Positions 1 to 5,780 of a stretch of DNA of 41,186 bases are shown here, one piece after another. A program made the position numbers and the translations under genes. The notes under the pieces were generated by a model that was not told where the DNA came from, did not search any database, and saw only the letters and a list, made by a program, of their open reading frames with translations. The stretch comes from a virus. Location: positions 1-41,186 of the IMG/VR virus record IMGVR_UViG_3300024921_000002; one strand, written 5' to 3'. Position 1 is the stretch's first letter. The number at the start of each line of letters is the position of its first letter.

Positions 1-127
1 CCTGCAATGCAGGTAAATTTACAATTAAGTACATATTCGAGTACATAAACTGAATGAACGATTATTTAAATTCCATACAAGCTAAGGAAACAAAGAGACG
101 CAGGACTTTTGCTATCATCTCCCACCC
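1..127. repeat. Terminal direct repeat, copy A (identical to 41060..41186)
   Basis: cctgcaatgcaggtaaattt...gctatcatctcccaccc is repeated exactly, and the window ends exactly at the repeat boundary. A length of 127 is typical of a k-mer overlap from a circular assembly path. Confidence 0.9.
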
Positions 128-325
128 GAATGATTGCTTAAATATCAACGGGTAACAGGTTATAACAAAATTTCTCTAAAATGCTTTAAGAATGCGGAAT
201 CCCGGCATTATTTGATTTCCTTCCAATATCAAGCTATAACATATAATATCAAGTTGAGACGCGCTTTTTATGTACATAATTGAGTACATAAACTGCGTAT
301 TTTTTATTGCTTAGAAATTATGTAC
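29..325. promoter_or_regulatory. Cluster of GTACATA motifs upstream of int (candidate Int arm-type sites / int regulatory sites; attP region)
   Basis: GTACATA occurs at 29-35, 41-47, 272-278 and 284-290, and inverted (TATGTAC) at 319-325. TTGAGTACAT (280-289) and ATGTACTCAA (320-329) are exact reverse complements. The non-coding stretch 40933..41059 plus 1..339 is the only long gene-free segment next to int. Confidence 0.4.
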
Positions 326-339
326 TCAAGGCTGAAAAA

Positions 340-1554
340 ATGGCGATTACTGACGCATGGCTAAAGGCGATTAGCGGCAAGGGCAGGGACGTCCTTGCGG
401 AAAAAACAGACCGTGACGGCTTAAGCGCCAGGGTATCAAAAAAAGGCAAGATCGTATTCCAGTTGCGCTTTCGGCATGACGGCAGGCAGTCCAGGTTAGA
501 TCTCGGGACTTATCCGTTGATTACGTTAAAACAGGCTAGGGAGGAAGCCCTAAAGCTCAAGGCTGAGCTTGAAAAAGGTCATGATCCACGCATCATCAAA
601 AAGACTGATAAGCTCAAGAATATTGAAGTGTTAAGCTTGGAAGATGTTTTTGAGAAATGGTATGAGGCATACTGCATACACAATAAAAAGATTCATCGTC
701 AGATAAAGCGATCGTTCGAGATATATGTTTTTCCTGAGTTTGGAGGCATCCCTCCGGACAGAATATCAACCGATAACTGGGTAACGCTACTAGAAGGGGT
801 TAAGAAAAAGTACCCGGCAATCGCTGCTCGATTGCTGATAAATGCCAAACAGATGTTGTCGTGGGCAGTTCGTCGCAAGCTTGTTTCAAGTAATGAGATT
901 TTTCAGATCAGTGCAAAGGCGGATCTGAGTATTACAAAAAAGAAGAGCACTCGCTCACTTGATGACGAAGAAATCCGCATGTTGCTTATGGCGCTGGATG
1001 GGTCGAGGATGTCGGCAAAGAATCGCATGTTTGTGCGGTTATGCCTGGTCTATGGATGTCGAAATACCGAGCTAAGAGTGGCCAAGACGCGGTATTTAGA
1101 TTTCTCTAAAATGATTTGGACGACGCCGCCTGAAGATCACAAAACAGGCAAATTATCAGACAAACCCCTGATCAGGCCAATTACGCCATACACTAAACAG
1201 CTGTTTGAAGAGTGTATCTCCCTATCTGGCCCCAGTGAATACTTGTTCACTAATGAAGGCAGCGGCGAGGTCATGGGAGTTGGTGCGCCGCTTTCCCTGC
1301 CTTACAATGTCATGCAGTGGTTACGAAAGAACAAAGGCTATGAAATGGCGCACTGGTCGATTAAGGCGCTGAGAAAAACGGCAAGAACAAATTTTTCGAC
1401 GCTTACCCAACCGCATATAGCTGAAATTATGCTGGGTCATAAGCTACCCGGTGAATGGGAGGTTTATGACCAGCACCACTATTTAGTTGAGCAGGCGGGC
1501 TGCCTTATTAAGTGGGTAGAGCGACTAAATAGTATAGTTCAAGCTGATTCTTGA
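340..1554 (+). CDS. int: Tyrosine integrase, P4-type (DUF4102-like N-terminal arm-binding domain)
   Basis: Track ORF 307..1554 trimmed to the first ATG (AAGG 8 nt upstream). N-terminus: MAITDAWLK...LSARVSKKGKIVFQLRFRHDGRQSRLDLGTYP...LKQAREEALKLKAELEKGHDP. C-terminal core shows GCRNTELR, ALRKTARTNF and LGH...EVYDQHHY. Confidence 0.9.
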   Translation: MAITDAWLKAISGKGRDVLAEKTDRDGLSARVSKKGKIVFQLRFRHDGRQSRLDLGTYPLITLKQAREEALKLKAELEKGHDPRIIKKTDKLKNIEVLSLEDVFEKWYEAYCIHNKKIHRQIKRSFEIYVFPEFGGIPPDRISTDNWVTLLEGVKKKYPAIAARLLINAKQMLSWAVRRKLVSSNEIFQISAKADLSITKKKSTRSLDDEEIRMLLMALDGSRMSAKNRMFVRLCLVYGCRNTELRVAKTRYLDFSKMIWTTPPEDHKTGKLSDKPLIRPITPYTKQLFEECISLSGPSEYLFTNEGSGEVMGVGAPLSLPYNVMQWLRKNKGYEMAHWSIKALRKTARTNFSTLTQPHIAEIMLGHKLPGEWEVYDQHHYLVEQAGCLIKWVERLNSIVQADS

Positions 1555-1596
1555 TCGTGACGTTATACACCTAAATCGGTGCATTTCACTCATTAG

Positions 1597-1632
1597 CGCG
1601 ATATAGCCCCCTAAAAAGGTGTCTATATCGCG
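1597..1632. terminator. 10-bp perfect hairpin between convergent int and the last leftward gene
   Basis: cgcgatatag (1597-1606) pairs with ctatatcgcg (1623-1632) across a 16-nt loop. The right arm overlaps the last codons of ORF 1623..1874. Confidence 0.35.
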
Positions 1633-1874
1633 TTATGCGCTATCCTTTTTGTTGTCGGCGGATGAGGTTTTTTAAACTTAGTCCAATGCGTGACAATCTC
1701 GCCATCTTCAGTTTCCCACCCAACTGATGTTTTGCAATTTAACCGGGCAACAAAAACCTTGCCATCTCCATACACAAAAGTTTCTTCAAATCTATCTACC
1801 CAGTCGCCGCATAATGTCGGCCATTTTTCTACTTTTGGTAGCAGGTCGTTAGGATTTGTCCATGGCTTAAACAT
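1623..1874 (-). CDS. DUF551-like small phage protein
   Basis: 83 aa. The C-terminal ...GEIVTHWTKFKKPHPP resembles the DUF551 signature (..THWMPLPEPP). GGAG lies 8 nt upstream of the ATG. Confidence 0.5.
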   Translation of the reverse strand: MFKPWTNPNDLLPKVEKWPTLCGDWVDRFEETFVYGDGKVFVARLNCKTSVGWETEDGEIVTHWTKFKKPHPPTTKRIAHNAI

Positions 1875-1896
1875 TATTATCTCCGCTCATACACGC

Positions 1897-1980
1897 ATAA
1901 CCCGTAAATCAACGGGAACGCGGCCTCAATCTTTCGTTAAATTTCATTCGCGTCACCGCGTCCCGTTATTATTGCGTTAG
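1897..1980 (-). repeat. Structured intergenic palindrome, copy E8 (variant geometry)
   Basis: In mRNA sense: CTAAC (its TAA is the stop of ORF 1977..2225), spacer, AACGGGACGCGG ... CCGCGTTCCCGTT (one bulged T), spacer, GTTAT, then 22 nt to the ATG of ORF 1623..1874. Confidence 0.6.
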
Positions 1981-2225
1981 GCACTCAATATGTCGCCAAT
2001 CCTGGTTTTTCCGTCACCGCCGTATGGCAAACAGTTTACATCCCAACCATCCCGAAGATTAGATTCTGTTTTTATTTCGCCTCTTATGTCGAATTCAGGA
2101 TCGGGTGCCGCATCTTGAAGCCCTTCGACCCAATTTTCACTAGCCACATCATCGGCTTTATCGGCATCATCAGCACTAACAACAATTGTATATCTCACAG
2201 TTACTTCGACGTTATAAAGTGGCAT
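1977..2225 (-). CDS. Hypothetical acidic protein
   Basis: 82-aa ORF in the co-directional gene string. Its stop codon is embedded in the CTAAC box of E8. Confidence 0.5.
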   Translation of the reverse strand: MPLYNVEVTVRYTIVVSADDADKADDVASENWVEGLQDAAPDPEFDIRGEIKTESNLRDGWDVNCLPYGGDGKTRIGDILSA

Positions 2226-2247
2226 TATTTTTATCCTGTAATCAAGC

Positions 2248-2315
2248 CTAACAAGTCGGTCAAGCGGAAATTCGTTACGCTACGCTTCACTCATTCCGCT
2301 TACCTCGTGCGTTAT
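2248..2315 (-). repeat. Structured intergenic palindrome, copy E7
   Basis: In mRNA sense: ATAAC (its TAA is the stop of ORF 2312..2482) GCACGA GGTAAGCGGAA ... TTTCCGCTTgACC GACTT GTTAG(GC), then 22 nt to the ATG at 2225. The G is bulged. Confidence 0.65.
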
Positions 2316-2482
2316 GCACTCACTCTGCGCTTTTCATCTACGCACCCGGCTAACAGCAGCCGGAAACGCTTAGGGCGTTTTTTGTGCCAGTTCAGCAAGT
2401 TTTGCTCTGATTCCCCGCTGATTCTGACAAACTCGGCGAGGCTATCTAGCCCCGCCTTTTTGCATTGCTCTGATGGTGTCAT
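2312..2482 (-). CDS. Small (56 aa) putative DNA-binding protein, below the ORF-track length cutoff
   Basis: Hand translation: MTPSEQCKKAGLDSLAEFVRISGESEQNLLNWHKKRPKRFRLLLAGCVDEKRRVSA*. It is HTH-like, and its stop TAA lies in the ATAACGC box like its neighbours. The RBS is weak. Confidence 0.4.
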   Translation of the reverse strand: MTPSEQCKKAGLDSLAEFVRISGESEQNLLNWHKKRPKRFRLLLAGCVDEKRRVSA

Positions 2483-2498
2483 TAAATGTTTCTATCTT

Positions 2499-2855
2499 TT
2501 AAAAATTAATTCTTTCGTTGTACATTGTGCTGCAATATATTCTTCCTTTTGAGCCTGGTCGTTGAGTTAATCTATGTCCTGGTTTTACTTCAGTTTCGTT
2601 GTAAAATGTATTTGTTTCAAATCCAGGCATTTTTTTATCAAATAATTTGACCATATCAACTGATTCTAAAAACAAGTTTTCTATCTCTTCATTTCTGTTT
2701 ATCGCGTAACCGTAATACGTGTTTTTTAAATTTTTATCTATCAGAGTAAAGCAGTCGAGATTCATTGTTATTTCATATGCGCCTTGATTCATATTAAATT
2801 TAACAATTTTATCGATTAGTTTTTTTTCATTTTCTGTTAATTCTAATTTAGCCAT
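2499..2855 (-). CDS. Hypothetical protein, visibly A+T-rich orphan
   Basis: 118 aa. GGGAG lies 6 nt upstream of the ATG. Composition is clearly A+T-richer than the flanks. No motif recognised. Confidence 0.55.
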   Translation of the reverse strand: MAKLELTENEKKLIDKIVKFNMNQGAYEITMNLDCFTLIDKNLKNTYYGYAINRNEEIENLFLESVDMVKLFDKKMPGFETNTFYNETEVKPGHRLTQRPGSKGRIYCSTMYNERINF

Positions 2856-2871
2856 TTTCTACTCCCAACTT

Positions 2872-2890
2872 GTTAGGCGGGCTGCCTAAC
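2872..2890. repeat. Perfect hairpin GTTAGGC-gggct-GCCTAAC
   Basis: Read directly. The 7-bp arms match the GTTRRRY / RYYYAAC consensus pair. It lies between a TATAAT box (minus strand, 2905..2900) and the ATG at 2855. Confidence 0.6.
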
Positions 2891-3017
2891 TTGCTTACTA
2901 TTATACACAAATATATTGTGTTATACGCAATTATTTTGTGTAAGCGTAAAATAGGGCATAACACAACGCTCGTGCGGGACGCCAGCGATAAAGCCGCTGT
3001 CGCCCCACAGCTAAGCG

Positions 3018-3224
3018 TTATACCGCCGACTCGTTCATGTGAGATTTACGCGCTTTTGCGTGACCTTTTTGTACACATTTAGGACAGTAATCGAGATCGC
3101 CGTAATTTTTCCAGCCGCTGTCTTTAAGCTCCGCTTTAAGTCGTGCTTTTGTATATCCGGGGATGTCTGTATATTCGGTCATGCCGCACGCATCGCATGT
3201 ATACTGCTGCCAGGTTTCAATCAT
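3018..3224 (-). CDS. Small zinc-ribbon protein
   Basis: Trimmed from the TTG at 3242 to the ATG at 3224 (MIETWQQYTCDACG...CPKC). Two CxxC pairs. The stop is embedded in GTATAACGC. Confidence 0.55.
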   Translation of the reverse strand: MIETWQQYTCDACGMTEYTDIPGYTKARLKAELKDSGWKNYGDLDYCPKCVQKGHAKARKSHMNESAV

Positions 3225-3226
3225 GT

Positions 3227-3309
3227 ATAACTCTATGGTCAAATGGGACGCGCCTAAAGTTCAGCGCGTTGTTCGGTTTCGTCTTGCACGCTTTTTACCA
3301 GGGCGTTAT
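3227..3309 (-). repeat. Structured intergenic palindrome, copy E1
   Basis: Plus strand: ATAAC TCTAT GGTcAAA ... TTTACC AGGGC GTTAT. The TAA of ORF 3306.. lies within the right box, and the left box ends 2 nt from the ATG at 3224. Confidence 0.6.
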
Positions 3310-3482
3310 GCCCGTCTATTCCACCATTTCACCGCCTCATCATCTGTTAAGTGCTTCGGCGTCTCCGCTCCGCATCGGCAGGCAATACCATCACCTGCGT
3401 ACCCCATACAAAACCTCGGCGTTTTATCGGGCTGTTTTCCGCAAAACGGGCATGGTTTAAATTCGGTTTTTGGCTGCTCCAT
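3306..3482 (-). CDS. Lar-family restriction-alleviation-like protein
   Basis: MEQPKTEFKPCPFCG...CRCG...TDDEAVKWWNRRA shows the Lar family pattern (N-terminal CPFCG, C-terminal ..AWNRRA). The start was chosen at the third ATG, with GGAG 9 nt upstream. Confidence 0.65.
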   Translation of the reverse strand: MEQPKTEFKPCPFCGKQPDKTPRFCMGYAGDGIACRCGAETPKHLTDDEAVKWWNRRA

Positions 3483-3498
3483 AGTGTGCATCTCCAGC

Positions 3499-3581
3499 AT
3501 AACAAATCATTCAACGTGAGCCGGTTAGAGCTCACGGTATTGTTCAGCCGCGCGGTGCGGCCACGTTAATTCAAGCGTTAT
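3499..3581 (-). repeat. Structured intergenic palindrome, copy E2
   Basis: Plus strand: ATAAC AAATC ATTcAACGTGaGCC ... GGCCACGTTAAT TCAAGC GTTAT. The stop of ORF 3578.. lies in the right box. Confidence 0.65.
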
Positions 3582-3787
3582 ACGCTTACAGTGCGCGCCA
3601 TTATTCCGTCCCTTACCCATCGTCGCACGTATAGTTCACATCCTGTAGTCAGGCCGACGCCATTCGCCATGCCTAAATGCGTTGCTTTCTTTTTGCATCC
3701 ACAATGGCAACGCCTTCGGCTTCGTGCGTCAACTTTTTTCATATATCTCTGATGCTCGGTTGCTGAGCCGTATTGCCCAAAACTCAT
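3578..3787 (-). CDS. Small Cys-rich hypothetical protein
   Basis: 69 aa (..RRRCHCGCKKKATH..TGC..). The stop lies in GTATAACGC. Confidence 0.5.
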   Translation of the reverse strand: MSFGQYGSATEHQRYMKKVDARSRRRCHCGCKKKATHLGMANGVGLTTGCELYVRRWVRDGIMARTVSV

Positions 3788-3803
3788 AAATTATTCACAG
3801 CCT

Positions 3804-3897
3804 ATAACTCTTAGTTCAAGTGCGACAAGCCGACATTCGCGGCTTGCGTGTTTTACTCATTCTGTCGTGGGCGGCTTGCGCCTTAACACGGCGTTAT
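3804..3897 (-). repeat. Structured intergenic palindrome, copy E3
   Basis: Plus strand: ATAAC TCTTA GTTcAAGtGCGaCAAGCCG ... CGGCTTGCGCCTTAAC ACGGC GTTAT. The stop of ORF 3894.. lies in the right box. The left box is 16 nt from the ATG at 3787. Confidence 0.7.
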
Positions 3898-4634
3898 ATT
3901 GCAAGTTCAAGTTGCTCATTACCAATAGCCCACAAAGCAGAGCTATTATTACATTCAATACGCTCTGCAATTACCGCAGCTCGTTGTGATGATGTTGGCG
4001 GGATATAAGACCCGAACCGGCTTAAACTGCCACTATTTACAGCGGCGTTCGTGCTGTCAGCTGATGCTAATGGGAGTCGCGTAAAAATATCAGGGTCAAG
4101 CATTCTCAAGCCATGTAATTTACATTTTGGCCTTCCATATTGATCACAGCAAACACTTATAACTATCGACATCCTGCGCCACCATTTTGATGTTCCAGGG
4201 CTTTTGTATTCACCAGAACTACCTAGTGCAACCGTCTGAAAGTTGTCAATCAAATATTCAAGCCATTCAAAACTTTCGTGCATGTGCCACACCGGAACGC
4301 CTTTTGCTCTTCCGCCGATCCTGATCCACTTCATTACCCAGTCAACATTGTCGGCTTCAGTTCCATCAATGATGTCGGGAATTAATGCCCAGTCAAACCC
4401 TGGATGCTGATAAATCGAATGTACCCACTTCCAATAGGCATCAAAATCAATTTCCCCTTTTCCAGCTTTCCAGTGGCTAAAAGCGCCGTTGTCCAATACA
4501 AAACTCTGGCAGTATTCGAGAACCGCCCCAACATCATCTTTTCTTCCGAATGGAATTAATGCGTGTCGCCCGACAAGGAATTTTGCCGTATCTTGTCGCG
4601 TACCACCTATCGGCGTGCCGTGATAATGTATCAT
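3894..4634 (-). CDS. DpdA / tRNA-guanine-transglycosylase-like protein (candidate 7-deazaguanine DNA transglycosylase)
   Basis: 246 aa. An ordered motif series resembles TGT/DpdA: FVLDNGAFS (cf. DSGAF/DSGGF), ALIPDIIDG, VPVWHM, VALGSSG, KLHGLRML and SADSTNAA. Recognition is by eye only. Confidence 0.5.
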   Translation of the reverse strand: MIHYHGTPIGGTRQDTAKFLVGRHALIPFGRKDDVGAVLEYCQSFVLDNGAFSHWKAGKGEIDFDAYWKWVHSIYQHPGFDWALIPDIIDGTEADNVDWVMKWIRIGGRAKGVPVWHMHESFEWLEYLIDNFQTVALGSSGEYKSPGTSKWWRRMSIVISVCCDQYGRPKCKLHGLRMLDPDIFTRLPLASADSTNAAVNSGSLSRFGSYIPPTSSQRAAVIAERIECNNSSALWAIGNEQLELAI

Positions 4635-4656
4635 CTAAAATCACCCAATTTGCAAT

Positions 4657-4745
4657 ATAACTCTTAGTTCAAGCGGACAAGCCGCCATTCGATTGTTTCT
4701 GTTTTAAAGGTTCCGTGCGCGGCTTTCCGCTTAACATAGCGTTAT
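4657..4745 (-). repeat. Structured intergenic palindrome, copy E4
   Basis: Plus strand: ATAAC TCTTA GTTcAAGCGGAcAAGCCGC ... GCGGCTTTCCGCTTAAC ATAGC GTTAT. This is a 17-bp stem with two bulged C. The stop of ORF 4742.. lies in the right box. Confidence 0.7.
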
Positions 4746-4930
4746 ACGGTGTCTGTCTGCCGCATCACCCATTCATGATTTATCGGCTGGTATCCACCAT
4801 CTCGCTGTATCGCAATCCGGCTTCCGCAGTCTACGCACTCATGATATGTAGTATGGTTGATGTCTTTTACAAGTTTCCAGCGGCACCAAAACCAGCACCG
4901 GTTGCTTGTTTCGAGTTTGATCTTTTTCAT
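4742..4930 (-). CDS. Small Cys-containing hypothetical protein
   Basis: Trimmed to MKKIKLETSNRCWFWCRW...CVDCGSR (62 aa). The stop lies in GTATAACGC. Confidence 0.5.
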   Translation of the reverse strand: MKKIKLETSNRCWFWCRWKLVKDINHTTYHECVDCGSRIAIQRDGGYQPINHEWVMRQTDTV

Positions 4931-4941
4931 GGTTATACCGT

Positions 4942-5057
4942 ATAACTCTCTGGTCAAGGCGACCCGCCGCCCTAAGCGCGGTTCGCAGGTTGTGTTTTTC
5001 AAAGTTCTTCATGCTCGGGGGCTTCCGCTAGCGGCGGTCGCCTTACCGTGGCGTTAT
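4942..5057 (-). repeat. Structured intergenic palindrome, copy E5
   Basis: Plus strand: ATAAC TCTCT GGTcAAGGCGAcCCGCCGC ... GCGGCGGTCGCCTTACC GTGGC GTTAT. It has two bulged C at the same positions as in E4. Confidence 0.7.
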
Positions 5058-5092
5058 ACCCTGGCTTTTTGGTGACAATTGGCTCGCCAAAA

Positions 5093-5212
5093 TCACGCAT
5101 AAGTTGGCCTTTTACTCTCAGTTTTGCTCAGCGCTTTTATTTCATTCATGAGCACATCTGCCATGTACTCTATCGCGACAATCTGTGCATCTACAATTTC
5201 ATTTTCAGTCAT
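5093..5212 (-). CDS. 39-aa ORF (MTENEIVDAQIVAIEYMADVLMNEIKALSKTESKRPTYA*)
   Basis: Hand translation. The ATG lies 3 nt after element E6. It ends at a TGA, and the same frame continues 12 sense codons to the TAA embedded in the ATAAC box of E5 (5054-5056). Confidence 0.3.
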   Translation of the reverse strand: MTENEIVDAQIVAIEYMADVLMNEIKALSKTESKRPTYA

Positions 5213-5215
5213 GTG

Positions 5216-5300
5216 AACAACTCTTAGTTCAAAGGCGACGCCGTTCAGCGTCGCGGTATTGCTTAAAGTTCAGTGTCGGCTCGCTTTAACACGGCGTTGC
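5216..5300 (-). repeat. Structured intergenic palindrome, copy E6 (degenerate boxes ACAAC / GTTGC)
   Basis: Plus strand: ACAAC TCTTA GTTcAAAG... ...CTTTAAC ACGGC GTTGC. The T-to-C change in the left box is matched by an A-to-G change in the right box. Confidence 0.55.
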
Positions 5301-5314
5301 CAGACATTTTGTGA

Positions 5315-5572
5315 TCATACCGCTCCTTGATTATCTTCCCAGGCGGTAATAGCTTCTATTGCCCACCTGTTTTGACTTCCCTTGCCTTTAAATTTTGGCG
5401 GTGGCAATGGGTTTTCTTCACGGGTCATCCAGCGCCATAGCGTCATTTTCGATACTTTGAAGCGCCGCATCAAATCGTTTGTTGTCCAGTATCCTGATGT
5501 TTTAATTGCTGTTCTGGATCTTGTTAGTTCAAATGGTTCATCAGCGGTTAATATATTAGGTGATGGTTTCAT
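5315..5572 (-). CDS. AlpA/excisionase-family DNA-binding protein
   Basis: ..TTNDLMRRFKVSKMTLWRWMTREENPLPPPKFKGKGSQNRWAIEAITAWE matches the AlpA/Xis HTH_17 pattern. The start was chosen at M10 of the track ORF; 5599 is the alternative. Confidence 0.7.
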   Translation of the reverse strand: MKPSPNILTADEPFELTRSRTAIKTSGYWTTNDLMRRFKVSKMTLWRWMTREENPLPPPKFKGKGSQNRWAIEAITAWEDNQGAV

Positions 5573-5576
5573 ATCT

Positions 5577-5780
5577 TCAAACCTTTGATGGCTGGGCAAT
5601 CAATAATCTCGCTGCATCAGCTTTATCGCAGCAAAATTGGCAGCGCTTTGAGTTGTTGCCAGGAGTTATCTTACCCAGCTGTTCTATTGGTCGGTCATGG
5701 CCGCAAGACCGGCAATGAAAATATTTTTTCAGCGGTTGTTTTATTGAGATTTCGGCGGTTGTCGAATTTGGGTTCATCAC
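5577..5780 (-). CDS. Small zinc-ribbon protein
   Basis: 67 aa with CRSCGH...CQFCC. An ATGA overlap joins it to the stop of the methyltransferase gene. Confidence 0.5.
   Translation of the reverse strand: MMNPNSTTAEISIKQPLKKYFHCRSCGHDRPIEQLGKITPGNNSKRCQFCCDKADAARLLIAQPSKV

Noticed and set aside
1-127. The terminal 127-nt direct repeats as attL/attR of an integrated prophage, or as biological direct terminal repeats.
   Set aside because: - The window begins and ends exactly at the repeat edges, with no flanking host sequence.
- The length matches a typical assembler k-mer overlap.
- A lambda-type Nu1/GpA terminase predicts cohesive ends rather than long DTRs.

This cannot be fully excluded without reads.
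1-339. A tRNA or tmRNA 3' fragment as the attP core.
   Set aside because: I looked on both strands for T-arm / acceptor-end signatures (GGTTCGAATCC-like, ...CCA) and found none. No tRNA gene was recognised anywhere in the window.
340-1554. A possible inactive integrase, with Lys in place of the first His of the HxxR box (..IKALRKTA..).
   Set aside because: The alignment was done by eye only. This His is not invariant among tyrosine recombinases, and the Arg, the LGH motif and candidate catalytic Tyr residues are present. That is not enough to call a defect.
1690-3569. Plus-strand track ORFs 1690..1980, 2115..2552, 2870..3082, 3039..3230, 3143..3460, 3163..3519 and 3351..3569.
   Set aside because: They run antisense to a tightly organised minus-strand gene string and straight through the conserved intergenic palindromes. 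They have no RBS and no recognisable motifs.
340-5300. Calling the region a bona fide integron.
   Set aside because: - The integrase has a P4/DUF4102-type N-terminus and no evident IntI-specific features.
- It is convergent with the array rather than divergent from it.
- No attI or Pc arrangement is visible.

Only the attC-like geometry of the repeats is reported, with RNA-level alternatives.
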